From Nitrosopumilaceae archaeon (GTDB lineage Archaea > Thermoproteota > Nitrososphaeria > Nitrososphaerales > Nitrosopumilaceae): 64,000 nucleotides of DNA. The translations under genes were made by a program, and so were the position numbers. Position 1 is the stretch's first letter; every line of letters starts with the position of its first letter. Shown here piece after piece: positions 11,342 to 22,094 of this stretch. A model generated the notes under the pieces. That model made no database searches. It was not told the origin of the DNA and saw only the letters and a list, made by a program, of their open reading frames with translations. The stretch lies in NCBI GenBank assembly GCA_965207375.1, contig OZ242274.1:1312001-1376000 (forward strand), given 5' to 3'.

Positions 11342-12283
11342 GTGGATGCAAGACAATCTGAAGACAAAATACCTGACGACGAATTGATTCAGAGAGACCC
11401 TGCAAAATGGATTTCACAATATGAGAATCAACAAAAATTTAATGCAAGTGAAAAGGACATCAAGACATACATTGAATCCGCACAAAATGACAACATGTGG
11501 AATCAAGTAATGGCCAAAGACCACACCCTATTACATAATCTAGATACTAAAGTTGGTAAGGTCGGCGCGGGATTACAAGCAATGTTAATACACGTTGAGC
11601 ATCAAAGGGATCTCGGAGTGTATGAACCTACAGAGGCTGAGAGAAGATATCATCACTGGGCTTCTGAACTATACCCAAACCCAATAATGCACGCTGAGAT
11701 CAAAGGCGTCTGGCTAGAACAGGTAATAAAATCACACAACAACATCGCAAATCATGGAAATGTACCATCTAAACTTTCATCACAAGATCCAGAGTTTTGG
11801 ATAGAGACGGCGAATGAATCGATGTGTCAGTACGTTGATTGCACACAAGGTGCTCCAGATTCAGATCCAATCACAAACTTTGTACAAAGATACATCATTC
11901 CAAATGCGTATGTGTATGAAGTTGATACGTGGCATATTATGAATGGCTACATCTACACGTACAGTTGCGAGGGGCAAACCGGAGGCTGTATGTTCGCTTT
12001 GGATCCAAAAAGTGGAGTAGGTACGTTGAGTTCTAGCAAGACAACTGCAAGATCTTACGACTCGGATGCAATAGTGTATGCCTCAAATTGTTCACCATAC
12101 TACACGACAGAACACAACACACTTGATGGTGACTTGACAAGTGATGTGCAGGAATGGTCATGGAGTCACAGTAACGATACGGGTTGCGCGGTACTATATA
12201 AGATACAAGAGATAGCGCCAAATCCACACGCTTCGTTTTTTGCGACTTGGTCCATTGAATCAGAGACTACCATAGAATCTTAA
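11342..12283 (+). pseudogene. Probable 3' remainder of the interrupted secreted protein
   Basis: Begins right at the IS truncation point, has no signal peptide, and contains an internal IIPNAY motif like the FLPKAYA of the 35830 protein. Confidence 0.6.
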
Positions 12284-12308
12284 ATCCTCCCTCTTTCTTT
12301 TTATTATC

Positions 12309-12845
12309 ATGAAATACTGGATGTTGCCACTTGGTATGTTCGCCTTTGCGATCTTATTTCTAATAAGCTACGACACACTTGACACGTACTTTACAGTCAC
12401 CGTTCCACTGCAACATACGATTCAGCTGGTTCACATAGGGGAATACCATTATGATCCTGCAGACGACCCGCAGTCGGACATTGGCACTGTCACCCGCGTA
12501 AAGGCTATAGGCGAAGATTACATAGAGATCCAGTTTACCGATAATGGTTTTTTTGTAGGCCCGCATAGAATACCGGAATTTGAGCATATTGAAACCATAA
12601 GAAGGGGAGATGTATTCGTAGAGACGTGCTTAAACCGTGATTCCGGTGTGAGCCTAGGACTTTTGACGTACATCGGTGTTGAAAAGTATGATGGAAAAGA
12701 TCACCACAAGTTCTTTCGCGCAAGCACAGATGCGGATGAGGGGCTACAGTGTAAGTATCCACAAATCATCATAGAAAGCCTAAAGATTGACTTGGATATT
12801 GTAATACCACCGGGTAAAATTCCCAACATTATACTTGAAAAGTAG
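12309..12845 (+). CDS. Hypothetical membrane-anchored/secreted protein
   Basis: N-terminal hydrophobic helix, 178 aa. Confidence 0.65.
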   Translation: MKYWMLPLGMFAFAILFLISYDTLDTYFTVTVPLQHTIQLVHIGEYHYDPADDPQSDIGTVTRVKAIGEDYIEIQFTDNGFFVGPHRIPEFEHIETIRRGDVFVETCLNRDSGVSLGLLTYIGVEKYDGKDHHKFFRASTDADEGLQCKYPQIIIESLKIDLDIVIPPGKIPNIILEK

Positions 12846-13119
12846 TGAAGATTTCAGTAATTGGAATACACTTGTGGAGTGGACCCCACAAAATGTTACA
12901 CTTTTTGGCATGATTTTACATACAGTTTTTGTAACAACTCGGCCTCTGGAAGTTATCTGTAGTTAACCCATCAGCAGATAACAAGTAACGATATTCGTTA
13001 AAAAAAGTAAACCGAAACAGATCAATAAGGCCCGCCTCTGAAGATTTGATATGAAACAAAACCAAAAGAGGCTGACAATATAATGGATAATCCACTCACA
13101 TATCAAAATATCGCCGCAC

Positions 13120-14868
13120 CGATTCTCCAGCGTTATCTGTTGGTCAAAGTCAACATGCAAATTTTTTCCGGATTGCCCGTGCCTAAAATTTCTTCAATTG
13201 TCACATAGTTTGTTCTTGTGCAGGTAAAAGAGATCAAAAATTTAACCATTTTTTCAAAATTTGTTAACCTACATGATCCAAATGTATCACGACATGTAGT
13301 CCCATCGTATTTCGCAATGATGGGACTAACATATCAAAAATCATATACAAGATCAAAATTTAAACTACACGAAAAATTTGAGGCTATACGAAACAAGACA
13401 TCGGTACTGCTTACGCGCAGTACTGACAAAATGACAAGAGTTACTAGATGGATGAGTACACGTGTATCTTGGAGCAAGGGTGCACAAGGACGCGGAAATC
13501 GTGCCTTGAAAATACTAGAAACACAAAATGCAATAAAAAAAGTCAGGCATAACCATTACACAGTACAGTCCCAATCTAAGGACAACATCAGATATACCGT
13601 GATACAGAAAAAAAATTCCTGGTCATGTGACTGTCCAGATCACAAATACAGACAGGCTCAATGCAAGCATATCCTAGCAGTAATTGCAGATACTGTAGAC
13701 AGGGATGCAGAGACAATAATTGATGAACAATCCAAAGATGCAGCTAAGCTGCCTTGCCAGGACAAACAGCCCAAAGATGCAGATGACAATACTGAGAAAA
13801 AAACCACAGAAATAGTTCTAATAGAGATTCCATCACACTGTATGCATTGCGGTGACGAACACATCATAAAATATGGTCATATACAGCGTAGACATGGCAC
13901 TACGCAACGATACCAATGCAAAAATTGCAATCGTGTCTTTGGGTACAGGGGCGGCATGGAACACACACGAATAGAATCATGGGCGATTCTAGATGCACTT
14001 GATGCCTACTATAAGGGACATACACCTAGTGCAATACAAGACACGCTAGCACAAAAGGGAGTGTATGTGTGTGTATCTACGATATACAGATGGATAATCA
14101 AATTTGTAACAATGGTGTATGTATACCTGATGTCACTTTCAATTAATACAGGCAATCGATTCTGTGCAGACGAGGAATACATTTCAATAAGAGGTAAACA
14201 AAATTATCTTTTTGCAGAGACTGATTATGATACCAGATTTTTACTAGCATGGGAGGTTGCAAACTGCAAGGACGGACACAATGCAGAAAACCTACTCAAA
14301 GCTGCAGCAGCCCGTGCCGGAAAGAAACCTACAGAATTTGTAAGCGATGCCCTGCCCTCATATGCACAAGCATTTGAATCAGTGTATGCTGCACCAAATG
14401 CACTACATCAACATTGCACACACATATCAAATGCAGGAATTTCCAAAAAGAACAACAACAATGTCTGAGAAAGATTCAACGGAACATTACGTGCTATACA
14501 ACGACCCAGACGCGGCATTAAAAGTAAAAACTCGCCAATATTTGCAGGATGTGATATTTATTACAATTTCATGCGACCTCACTCAAGCCTTGGAGGCAAG
14601 ACGCCTGCAGAGGCTGCAGGTATAACTATACACGGACAAAAATGGAGGACAGTAATATCAAACGCTGCACTGTACGTGCAATAAACTCTAATGTCAAAGT
14701 TACATGTGTGATGAAACAGTGACAACTCGGAGAAGATTATGTTTTGCTGGTATGTGATTGCTCTGCTAATTTGTGATGGTTCTGCGGACACAGGCAGAAA
14801 TCTAGGCACGGGCAATTCGGAGAAAATTTGTATATTGACTTTTACCAACAGATAACGCTGGAGAATCG
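13120..14868 (+). mobile_element. IS6/IS1-like element with ~70-bp imperfect terminal inverted repeats
   Basis: 13120-13190 is the near reverse complement of 14797-14868; the repeats enclose a DDE transposase. Confidence 0.85.
13218..14684 (+). pseudogene. SWIM + Zn-ribbon + DDE transposase with a premature TGA
   Basis: SWIM CDCPD...CKH, CxxC ribbon, ADE and SDAL motifs. TGA at 14466 is followed in frame by ERFNG...YYNFMRPHSSLGGKTPAEAAG. Confidence 0.82.
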
Positions 14869-14944
14869 AATTTTAGCTCAAGCTATTGAGGCTATTTCTC
14901 TAGCACAAAAGATAAATTCGAATTTACGGTAGATTTTTTATTCT

Positions 14945-16132
14945 ATGGCTAAAAAGGCAGTTCTTGCATTCTCTGGCGGATTAGACACATCAGTTGTTGT
15001 CAAATATTTGCAACAAATACATGAGATGGATGTGATAACAATTACCGTTGATGTGGGCCAGCAGGACAATTACAAAATGATCTCATCAAAGGCAAAAAAA
15101 CTCGGAGTCAAAAAACACTACACCATTGATGCACAAAAAGAGTTTGTTACCAATTACATTTATCCATCAATTAAGGCAAATGCGCTGTATCAAAAAAAAT
15201 ACTGTTTGGCCACAGCCCTTGCAAGACCATTGATTGCAAAGACCGTACTAGACATTGCCAAAAAAGAAAATGCAACATCGCTTGCACATGGCTGTTCTGG
15301 CAAGGGAAATGATCAGGTACGCTTTGACTTGACAATGATGTCCGGTTCCAGCCTGCCAATTATTGCACCCATACGTGACTTGAATCTGGATAGAACAACA
15401 GAGTTAGAGTTTGCAAAGGATCATGGAATTAAAATTGATACAGTTGCAAAGAAATTCAGCATTGATCAAAACTTGTGGGGACGCGCAATTGAGGGCGGCG
15501 TGCTAGAGGATCCGTTTAGCGAACCTCCAGAAGATATATTTATTTGGACAAAAACCAAAAATCTTCCCGACAAACCAACATATGTCGAAATTGATTTTCA
15601 AAATGGCATTCCTGTTGCAGTAGATGAAAAACAATTAGAACCTGTAAAGCTAATAGAATATCTTAACAAAAAGGCAGGTTCTGCCGGAGTCGGAATTGCA
15701 GACCATATCGAAGACAGAGTGGTTGGAATTAAATCCAGAGAGGTGTATGAGACCCCCGCTGCTATCTGTCTAATTGAGGCACATGCAGATTTGGAGAAAA
15801 TGGTTCACACCAAACATCAAAACAAGTTCAAATCAATAATTGATGATGAATGGTCGTGGCTGGTATATTCTGGACTTTGGGAGGATCCATTAAGGACAGA
15901 TCTAGACGGCTTTATTGACCAATCCCAGGGCACAGTCACAGGCAGGGTCCGACTTAAACTATTGAAGGGAAACCTACGTATCGTGGGCAGAAAATCTATC
16001 AATTCGCTATACAGTCATAAAATAGCCACATATGGCAAGGAATCCACATTTGATCAGAGGCTTGCAAAGGGATTTGTAGAGCTGTGGGGCATGCAAACAA
16101 CAGAAGCTAATAAATTACAAAAGAAAAGGTGA
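14945..16132 (+). CDS. argG: Argininosuccinate synthase
   Basis: AFSGGLDTS and HGCSGKGNDQVRF motifs. Confidence 0.97.
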   Translation: MAKKAVLAFSGGLDTSVVVKYLQQIHEMDVITITVDVGQQDNYKMISSKAKKLGVKKHYTIDAQKEFVTNYIYPSIKANALYQKKYCLATALARPLIAKTVLDIAKKENATSLAHGCSGKGNDQVRFDLTMMSGSSLPIIAPIRDLNLDRTTELEFAKDHGIKIDTVAKKFSIDQNLWGRAIEGGVLEDPFSEPPEDIFIWTKTKNLPDKPTYVEIDFQNGIPVAVDEKQLEPVKLIEYLNKKAGSAGVGIADHIEDRVVGIKSREVYETPAAICLIEAHADLEKMVHTKHQNKFKSIIDDEWSWLVYSGLWEDPLRTDLDGFIDQSQGTVTGRVRLKLLKGNLRIVGRKSINSLYSHKIATYGKESTFDQRLAKGFVELWGMQTTEANKLQKKR

Positions 16133-16140
16133 ACAAAAAC

Positions 16141-16308
16141 ATGAACTGTCCAGAATGTGACGCAAATATTGTAATCCCAGACGATGGAGCCGTTGGTGAA
16201 ATTGTTTCCTGCGCTGATTGCGGTGCAGATTATGAAATCGCAAAAAAAGAAGGAACAAACATTGAACTAAAAGAGGCTGAAACCATAGGCGAAGACTGGG
16301 GAGAGTAA
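16141..16308 (+). CDS. lysW: Amino-group carrier protein LysW/ArgW (copy 1)
   Basis: 55 aa, absent from the ORF track: MNCPECD...CADC...EDWGE*. Confidence 0.95.
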   Translation: MNCPECDANIVIPDDGAVGEIVSCADCGADYEIAKKEGTNIELKEAETIGEDWGE

Positions 16309-17165
16309 TGACTCACGTCCGTATTGTATTTGATAGATTGCGATCTGAAGAAAAGGTGCTTCAAAAAGAGGCAATACAGCTAGGTCATGATGCCAAAGTC
16401 ATTGATGCAAAACTCACACAGATTAGCACCGATAGCAAGAAACATGATTTTGATTTTGGCGATGTTGTTTTAGAGCGATGTATAAGCTACTTTAGAGGAT
16501 TGCATTTTACATCGGCATTAGAATTTTTAAATGTTCCAGTCATTAACAGCTTTGCAGTTGCAAACAACTGTGGCAACAAAATGTTCATGTCCTTGTTGCT
16601 AAAAAAAGCAAATGTTCCTACTCCTAAAACATACTTTTCATTTACTGCAGATGCTGCAAAACAAAATTTAGAAAAAATTGGATATCCTTTGGTGATCAAA
16701 CCTGTAATTGGAAGCTGGGGAAGGGGAATTGTTCCTTTAAGGGATGCAGATACTGCCGAGGCAATTTTTGAAATGCGTGAAATCAATGACGGTCCACACG
16801 ACCGAATTTTTTATTTGCAAGAAATCATTAAAAGGCCTCCTCGAGACATTCGGGTCATAACTGTGGGTGAGAAGGTAGTTGCTGCAATGTATAGAAAATC
16901 AGATGACACATTTACCACAAATATTGCACTAGGTGCAGAGCCTGAACTGTGTAAAATTACAAACGAATTGGAAGATCTTGCAATAAAGGCATCGCAGGCA
17001 GTAGGTGGGGGAATTTTAGGTGTAGATATGATGGAAGATGTAGATCGGGGATTACTAGTACACGAGGTTAACAATACCGTAGAATTCAAAGGACTAGCAA
17101 AGGTTTCAAAAAACAACATACCAAAAGAAATGATCCAGTATGCCCTGACGACACTTAGAAAATAA
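16308..17165 (+). CDS. lysX: LysW ligase, ATP-grasp LysX/ArgX (copy 1, probably ArgX)
   Basis: KP..GSWGR and HEVNNTVEFKG motifs; follows argG and lysW. Confidence 0.88.
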   Translation: MTHVRIVFDRLRSEEKVLQKEAIQLGHDAKVIDAKLTQISTDSKKHDFDFGDVVLERCISYFRGLHFTSALEFLNVPVINSFAVANNCGNKMFMSLLLKKANVPTPKTYFSFTADAAKQNLEKIGYPLVIKPVIGSWGRGIVPLRDADTAEAIFEMREINDGPHDRIFYLQEIIKRPPRDIRVITVGEKVVAAMYRKSDDTFTTNIALGAEPELCKITNELEDLAIKASQAVGGGILGVDMMEDVDRGLLVHEVNNTVEFKGLAKVSKNNIPKEMIQYALTTLRK

Positions 17166-17193
17166 ATTATACCCCCTATCGGTGGAATATATC

Positions 17194-18240
17194 ATGAAGG
17201 TAGGAGTAGTTGGAGCATCAGGATATGTGGGCGGCGAAACCCTGCGACTATTGATAAATCATCCAAAAGCCGAAATCACGATGGTAACATCAAGACAACA
17301 CGTAGGCGAATATCTGCACAGGGTACAACCTAGCCTGAAGGGATTCACCGATCTTAGATTTTCAGAATTAGATTATGACAAATTAACAGACAATTGTGAT
17401 TTGGTCTTTACTGCAGTGCCGCATGGAACAGCAACTGAGATCGTAAAGGCCTTGTACGACAGGGGAATCAAAATTATAGATCTTAGTGCAGATTACAGAC
17501 TGCACAATTCACAGGCATATGACAAGTGGTACGGCTGGCAACATCCTCATCCTGACTATCTACCAAAATCAATCTTTGGCGTACCGGAGCTGCACAGAGA
17601 GGACATCAAAAAGGCACAGCTTGTTTCCTGTCCTGGATGCATGGCAGTTACATCAATGCTTGCCCTAGCGCCACTAGTTCGAGAAAAACTAATTGACACT
17701 GATCATATTGTGGTTGATTCAAAGATTGGCTCTTCTGGGGCAGGGTCAGGTTCTGGCACCGCACATGCAATGAGGGCAGGAGTCATCAGGCCATACAAAC
17801 CTGCAAAACACCGACATACAGGAGAAATTGAACAGGAATTAAGTGAAATTGCAGGCAAACCAATCCGTGTATCTATGAGTCCTCATGCAGTAGATATTGT
17901 AAGAGGGATTCTTTGTACCAATCACACATTTATGACAAAAGATATCGATGAAAAGGAATTGTGGAAATTATATCGTAGAACTTATGGTGAGGAAAAATTT
18001 GTACGTCTGATCAGAGACAAAAAAGGACTGTATAAATTCCCAGATCCAAAATTCTTGGTGGGCTCTAACTTTTGCGACATTGGCTTTGACATTGATGAGG
18101 ACAATAAAAGACTCGTTGCACTGTCTGCCTCAGATAACCTGATGAAGGGTGCAGCAGGTTCTGCAATTCAAAATATGAATGTCATGGCAGGCTTTGATGA
18201 ATCAGACGGGCTCAGATACACGCCACTAACGCCGGTATAA
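17194..18240 (+). CDS. lysY: LysW-phosphate reductase LysY/ArgC
   Basis: GASGYVG, CPGC and DNLMKGAAG motifs. Confidence 0.92.
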   Translation: MKVGVVGASGYVGGETLRLLINHPKAEITMVTSRQHVGEYLHRVQPSLKGFTDLRFSELDYDKLTDNCDLVFTAVPHGTATEIVKALYDRGIKIIDLSADYRLHNSQAYDKWYGWQHPHPDYLPKSIFGVPELHREDIKKAQLVSCPGCMAVTSMLALAPLVREKLIDTDHIVVDSKIGSSGAGSGSGTAHAMRAGVIRPYKPAKHRHTGEIEQELSEIAGKPIRVSMSPHAVDIVRGILCTNHTFMTKDIDEKELWKLYRRTYGEEKFVRLIRDKKGLYKFPDPKFLVGSNFCDIGFDIDEDNKRLVALSASDNLMKGAAGSAIQNMNVMAGFDESDGLRYTPLTPV

Positions 18241-18243
18241 GAG

Positions 18244-19044
18244 ATGATCACAATCAAAATTGGCGGCAGTGTCGTAGATGATCTACACGAATCAACAATA
18301 CGTGACATTAAAAAGATTTCAGAGCAAGAAGGCATAGTTTTAGTACATGGTGGAGGCAAAGAGGTTACCAAGGTCTCTGCTCAGCTTGGAAAGAAACCAA
18401 AGTTTGTTACATCCCCTAGTGGAATAAAAAGCAGATACACCGACAAGGAAACATCTGAAATATTCACAATGGTAATGTCTGGAAGAATCAACAAAAACAT
18501 CGTACGAATGCTTCAAAAAAACGGCATTAATGCAATTGGACTTTGTGGGGTAGACGCACAGGTAATACAGGCAGACAGAAAAAAGAAGCTGCTGATTGTA
18601 AATGACAGGGGCAGAAAACAGGCAATTGATGGGGGATATACGGGAAAAATCACTAGGGTCAACTCTGAGTTTATCCTTTTGCTGCTTGCTCAGGGACTAG
18701 TTCCTGTAATTTCTCCGGTAGCCATGAGTGAGGAGGCAGATTTTCTCAATGTTGACGGGGACAGGGCAGCAGCATATGTTGCAGGTAGCATTAACTCTGA
18801 CAAGGTTTTGTTCATTACAAATGTAGACGGTCTGTTAATGGAGGACAAACTAGTAAATCACCTTACTATACAGGAGGCAAAGCAGATTCGACCAAAAATT
18901 GGCCCCGGAATGGAGAAAAAAATCCTAGCAGCCACTGAGGCCTTGGATATGGGTGTCAATATTGCCTTAATATCTAATGGACAGAGAGAAAATCCTATAT
19001 CTACAGCAATTGCACAAGATAATTGCACGGTAATTCAAAAATGA
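18244..19044 (+). CDS. lysZ: LysW-aminoadipate/glutamate kinase LysZ/ArgB
   Basis: KIGG, VHGGG and NVDGD motifs. Confidence 0.92.
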   Translation: MITIKIGGSVVDDLHESTIRDIKKISEQEGIVLVHGGGKEVTKVSAQLGKKPKFVTSPSGIKSRYTDKETSEIFTMVMSGRINKNIVRMLQKNGINAIGLCGVDAQVIQADRKKKLLIVNDRGRKQAIDGGYTGKITRVNSEFILLLLAQGLVPVISPVAMSEEADFLNVDGDRAAAYVAGSINSDKVLFITNVDGLLMEDKLVNHLTIQEAKQIRPKIGPGMEKKILAATEALDMGVNIALISNGQRENPISTAIAQDNCTVIQK

Positions 19045-20222
19045 CTGAAGACAAATACATGGGAAATTTGTACCAGCGTTTCCCAGTTACAATTGAAAAG
19101 GGACTAGGTGCCCACGTCTGGGATGTTGAGGGAAAGCAGTACATTGATTGTATGGGTGGATATGGGGTCGCACTAGTAGGACACCGAAACAGTCGGGTTA
19201 CAAATGCAATCAAAAATCAGCTAGACAAAATTATCACAGTACACAGCTCTTTGTATAATAAAACTCGAGAAGAATTTTTAAATACGCTGATGCAGGTTGC
19301 CCCAAAGGGCCTAAATCAGGTTCATCTAAACAACAGCGGTGCAGAAGCAATTGAGGCTGCACTAAAGTTTGCAAGAAAATTTACCGGCAAAAAGGGAATG
19401 ATTGCAATGCGCGGCTCTTATCATGGAAAGTCAATGGGTGCGTTGTCTTTGACATTTAACCCAAAATACAAAAAGGCTTTTGCACCGCTAGTCGAATCTA
19501 CGCAATTTACGCCCTTTGGTGATGCAAAAGCTCTCAAAGATGCAATTACAAAAGAGACTGGATTTGTTATAATGGAACCCATTCAGGGGGAAAGTGGAAT
19601 TCATGTTGCCCCCGACGGATTTTTACAAGAGGCAAGAAAGATCTGTGATGAAAAAGGCATACTGTTAATTTTTGATGAAATTCAGGCAGGATTGGGAAGA
19701 ACCGGAAAAATGTGGGCATCGCAGCACTGGAATACGATACCTGACATACTGTGTATTGCAAAGGGCATGGCAGGCGGGATTCCGATGGGTGCTACGCTTG
19801 CAAGGTCTGAGATCTTGGAGGTCATCAAAAAGGGAGAGCACTCTTCTACATTTGGTGGCAATCCTCTATCGTGTGCTGCAGCAACTGCTGCACTTGTTGC
19901 CATCACACAAGATGGCCTGATTGAAAACTCTCAAAAAATGGGTAAATTGTTCACAGACGGTCTAAAAAAATTACAGGAAAAACACGACATAATACGAGAG
20001 GTTCGAGGCAAGGGACTAATGATTGGAGTAGAATTAAAGTTTGAGGTAAGAGACATTCTTATGGATGGAATAAAGCACGGACTATTATTGCTGTACTCTG
20101 GACGCAATATCTTGCGGCTTCTTCCTCCGCTTGTAATTACAGAACAAGACGTAACGAAAGCTTTAGAAACTCTAGATATATTACTTGCCAACGAGGTGCG
20201 ACGAAGAAATGTACAAAGATAA
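19041..20222 (+). CDS. lysJ: Class III aminotransferase LysJ/ArgD
   Basis: SGAEA, DEIQAGLGRTG and AKG PLP motifs. Confidence 0.92.
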   Translation: MTEDKYMGNLYQRFPVTIEKGLGAHVWDVEGKQYIDCMGGYGVALVGHRNSRVTNAIKNQLDKIITVHSSLYNKTREEFLNTLMQVAPKGLNQVHLNNSGAEAIEAALKFARKFTGKKGMIAMRGSYHGKSMGALSLTFNPKYKKAFAPLVESTQFTPFGDAKALKDAITKETGFVIMEPIQGESGIHVAPDGFLQEARKICDEKGILLIFDEIQAGLGRTGKMWASQHWNTIPDILCIAKGMAGGIPMGATLARSEILEVIKKGEHSSTFGGNPLSCAAATAALVAITQDGLIENSQKMGKLFTDGLKKLQEKHDIIREVRGKGLMIGVELKFEVRDILMDGIKHGLLLLYSGRNILRLLPPLVITEQDVTKALETLDILLANEVRRRNVQR

Positions 20223-20628
20223 AATAGATGAAAAAATCATAGGCTATCTAGAAAACTATTCACGAGAATCATTTGTAGATATTGGAAAAAAATTAAAACT
20301 TTCAGAATCTGCTGTAAGGCGCAGGGTAAAAAACCTTACAGACAACGGTACAATTAGTAAATTTACAATTGAGCTGGGCCAGGAAAATGTCACCAGTGCA
20401 ATAGTGCTAGTATCTGTGGATTCATCAACAGATACTGCACGAGTCTCTGCAAAACTTACCTCACTAGAGGGTGTAAAAACCGTCTATGAAATTACGGGCC
20501 AATATGACATTGCAGTAATTATAAGTGCATCAAATATTGCAGAAATTAATTCATCAATTGATGCATTGAGGAAAATCCTAGGGGTCATAGATACTAATAC
20601 TGTAATTATTCTTAGACAGGTAAAGTAA
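20209..20628 (+). CDS. lysM: Lrp/AsnC regulator LysM
   Basis: HTH LSESAVRRRV plus ITGQYD RAM domain, inside the lys operon. Confidence 0.85.
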   Translation: MYKDKIDEKIIGYLENYSRESFVDIGKKLKLSESAVRRRVKNLTDNGTISKFTIELGQENVTSAIVLVSVDSSTDTARVSAKLTSLEGVKTVYEITGQYDIAVIISASNIAEINSSIDALRKILGVIDTNTVIILRQVK

Positions 20629-20743
20629 ACGAGTATCGTTTTAGATTTTCAAAACAAGCCTAAATTCAAATGCTTTTTGAAACAAAGAGACGATTTCAGC
20701 ACAAATATGTTTATATTTCAAATATTTGTCAACGAAATCTAAC

Positions 20744-21940
20744 ATGGAACCAAATTACTATGCCGATTTGTACAACAACTATGATACAATACCAAAAAAA
20801 ATTAAAATTCTAGACAGTACACTGCGCGAAGGCGAACAGCACCCTGGAGTTTCTTTTACCAACAAACAGAGAATTCAGATTGCATGGATGCTAGATTACT
20901 TTGGAGTAGATCAAATTGAGATATCTCCAGTTGTTTCAAAGGATCATGAACAAGCAACAAAGACAATAATCAAGCAGGGACTACGGGCAGACATTGTTTC
21001 CCATGGAAGGGCACTCAAAGAAGACATTGATGTATCACGGCGTTGTGATGCAAAATGGACAGCAGCATATCTTGGAATATCAGATATTCATCTAAAAGAC
21101 AAGCTAAGGATATCAAGAGACCAGGCACTAGAGCGAGCAGTAGAAACTGTCCAGTATGCAAAGTCTCACGGATTAAAAATACGATTTACAGTAGAGGATG
21201 GAAGCAGGGCAGAGCCTGAATTTTTACTCAAAGTATGCAAGGCAATCGAGGAGGCAGGCGTAGATCGAATCAGCCTTCCAGATACTGTTGGGATTATGAG
21301 ACCTATTGGAATGTATAATTTTGTCAAAAAGGTAAGGGAGAAAATAAATGTGCCCCTAGATGCACACGTACACAATGATATCGGCTTTGCATTGGCAAAC
21401 GCATTTGCAGCATGTGATGCCGGAGTTGATCAAATTCATACTACTATAGACGGCATTGGAGAAAGGACCGGAATTCCAGCATTGGCAGAGGTGGCAGTTG
21501 CACTTTCATACCTATACAAGTCACCAAATGATTTCAGACTAGATATGCTACAGGATCTTTCCAGACTAGTTGAGGATTATACTACAATTACACCATATGA
21601 CTCTAAACCTATTGTGGGCTCATCTGCATACAAACACAAGGCAGGCACACATTTGGCAGCAATACTGAGAAATCCAGCAGCTTATGAGCCGATTCCGCCG
21701 AGGGATGTTGGAAATAAAAGACGAATAGTGTTTGGAGAGCTTGCAGGAAAAACTGGTGCATCATATTTGATGACGATTTTGGGACTAGAAAAAGACGACA
21801 AACAGGCAAAATCTATTGCTGCAGGATTAAAAAATCTAAGAATGGGCGATCTTTTGGAAATTCCTCTAGAGGATGGACTAGAAAAGAAAATAAGTAATGA
21901 CAAATCAATCAAAGAGGAGGCAAATCATGGTAAATTGTGA
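20744..21940 (+). CDS. Homocitrate synthase (LeuA family)
   Basis: DSTLREGEQ, HVHND and GIGER motifs; lys operon context. Confidence 0.85.
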   Translation: MEPNYYADLYNNYDTIPKKIKILDSTLREGEQHPGVSFTNKQRIQIAWMLDYFGVDQIEISPVVSKDHEQATKTIIKQGLRADIVSHGRALKEDIDVSRRCDAKWTAAYLGISDIHLKDKLRISRDQALERAVETVQYAKSHGLKIRFTVEDGSRAEPEFLLKVCKAIEEAGVDRISLPDTVGIMRPIGMYNFVKKVREKINVPLDAHVHNDIGFALANAFAACDAGVDQIHTTIDGIGERTGIPALAEVAVALSYLYKSPNDFRLDMLQDLSRLVEDYTTITPYDSKPIVGSSAYKHKAGTHLAAILRNPAAYEPIPPRDVGNKRRIVFGELAGKTGASYLMTILGLEKDDKQAKSIAAGLKNLRMGDLLEIPLEDGLEKKISNDKSIKEEANHGKL

Positions 21941-22094
21941 TGAATGTGATGCGGTAATTTCTATACCTGATGACGCCTTGGAGGGCGAAATTGTTACCTG
22001 TCCGGAATGTGGTGCAAGTTTTGAGCTTGTAAAATCATCAGACGGTTTTGAGTTAAAGCCAGCTCAAACAGTTGGCGAGGACTGGGGGCAGTGA
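21927..22094 (+). CDS. lysW: Amino-group carrier protein LysW (copy 2), ending EDWGQ
   Basis: CDEC/CPEC zinc finger with an acidic tail. Confidence 0.9.
   Translation: MVNCDECDAVISIPDDALEGEIVTCPECGASFELVKSSDGFELKPAQTVGEDWGQ

Noticed and set aside
14466-14468. TGA recoding (selenocysteine or readthrough) here and at 61525
   Set aside because: Positions are not Cys-like, TGA is a normal stop in many genes here, and both genes lie in decaying regions.
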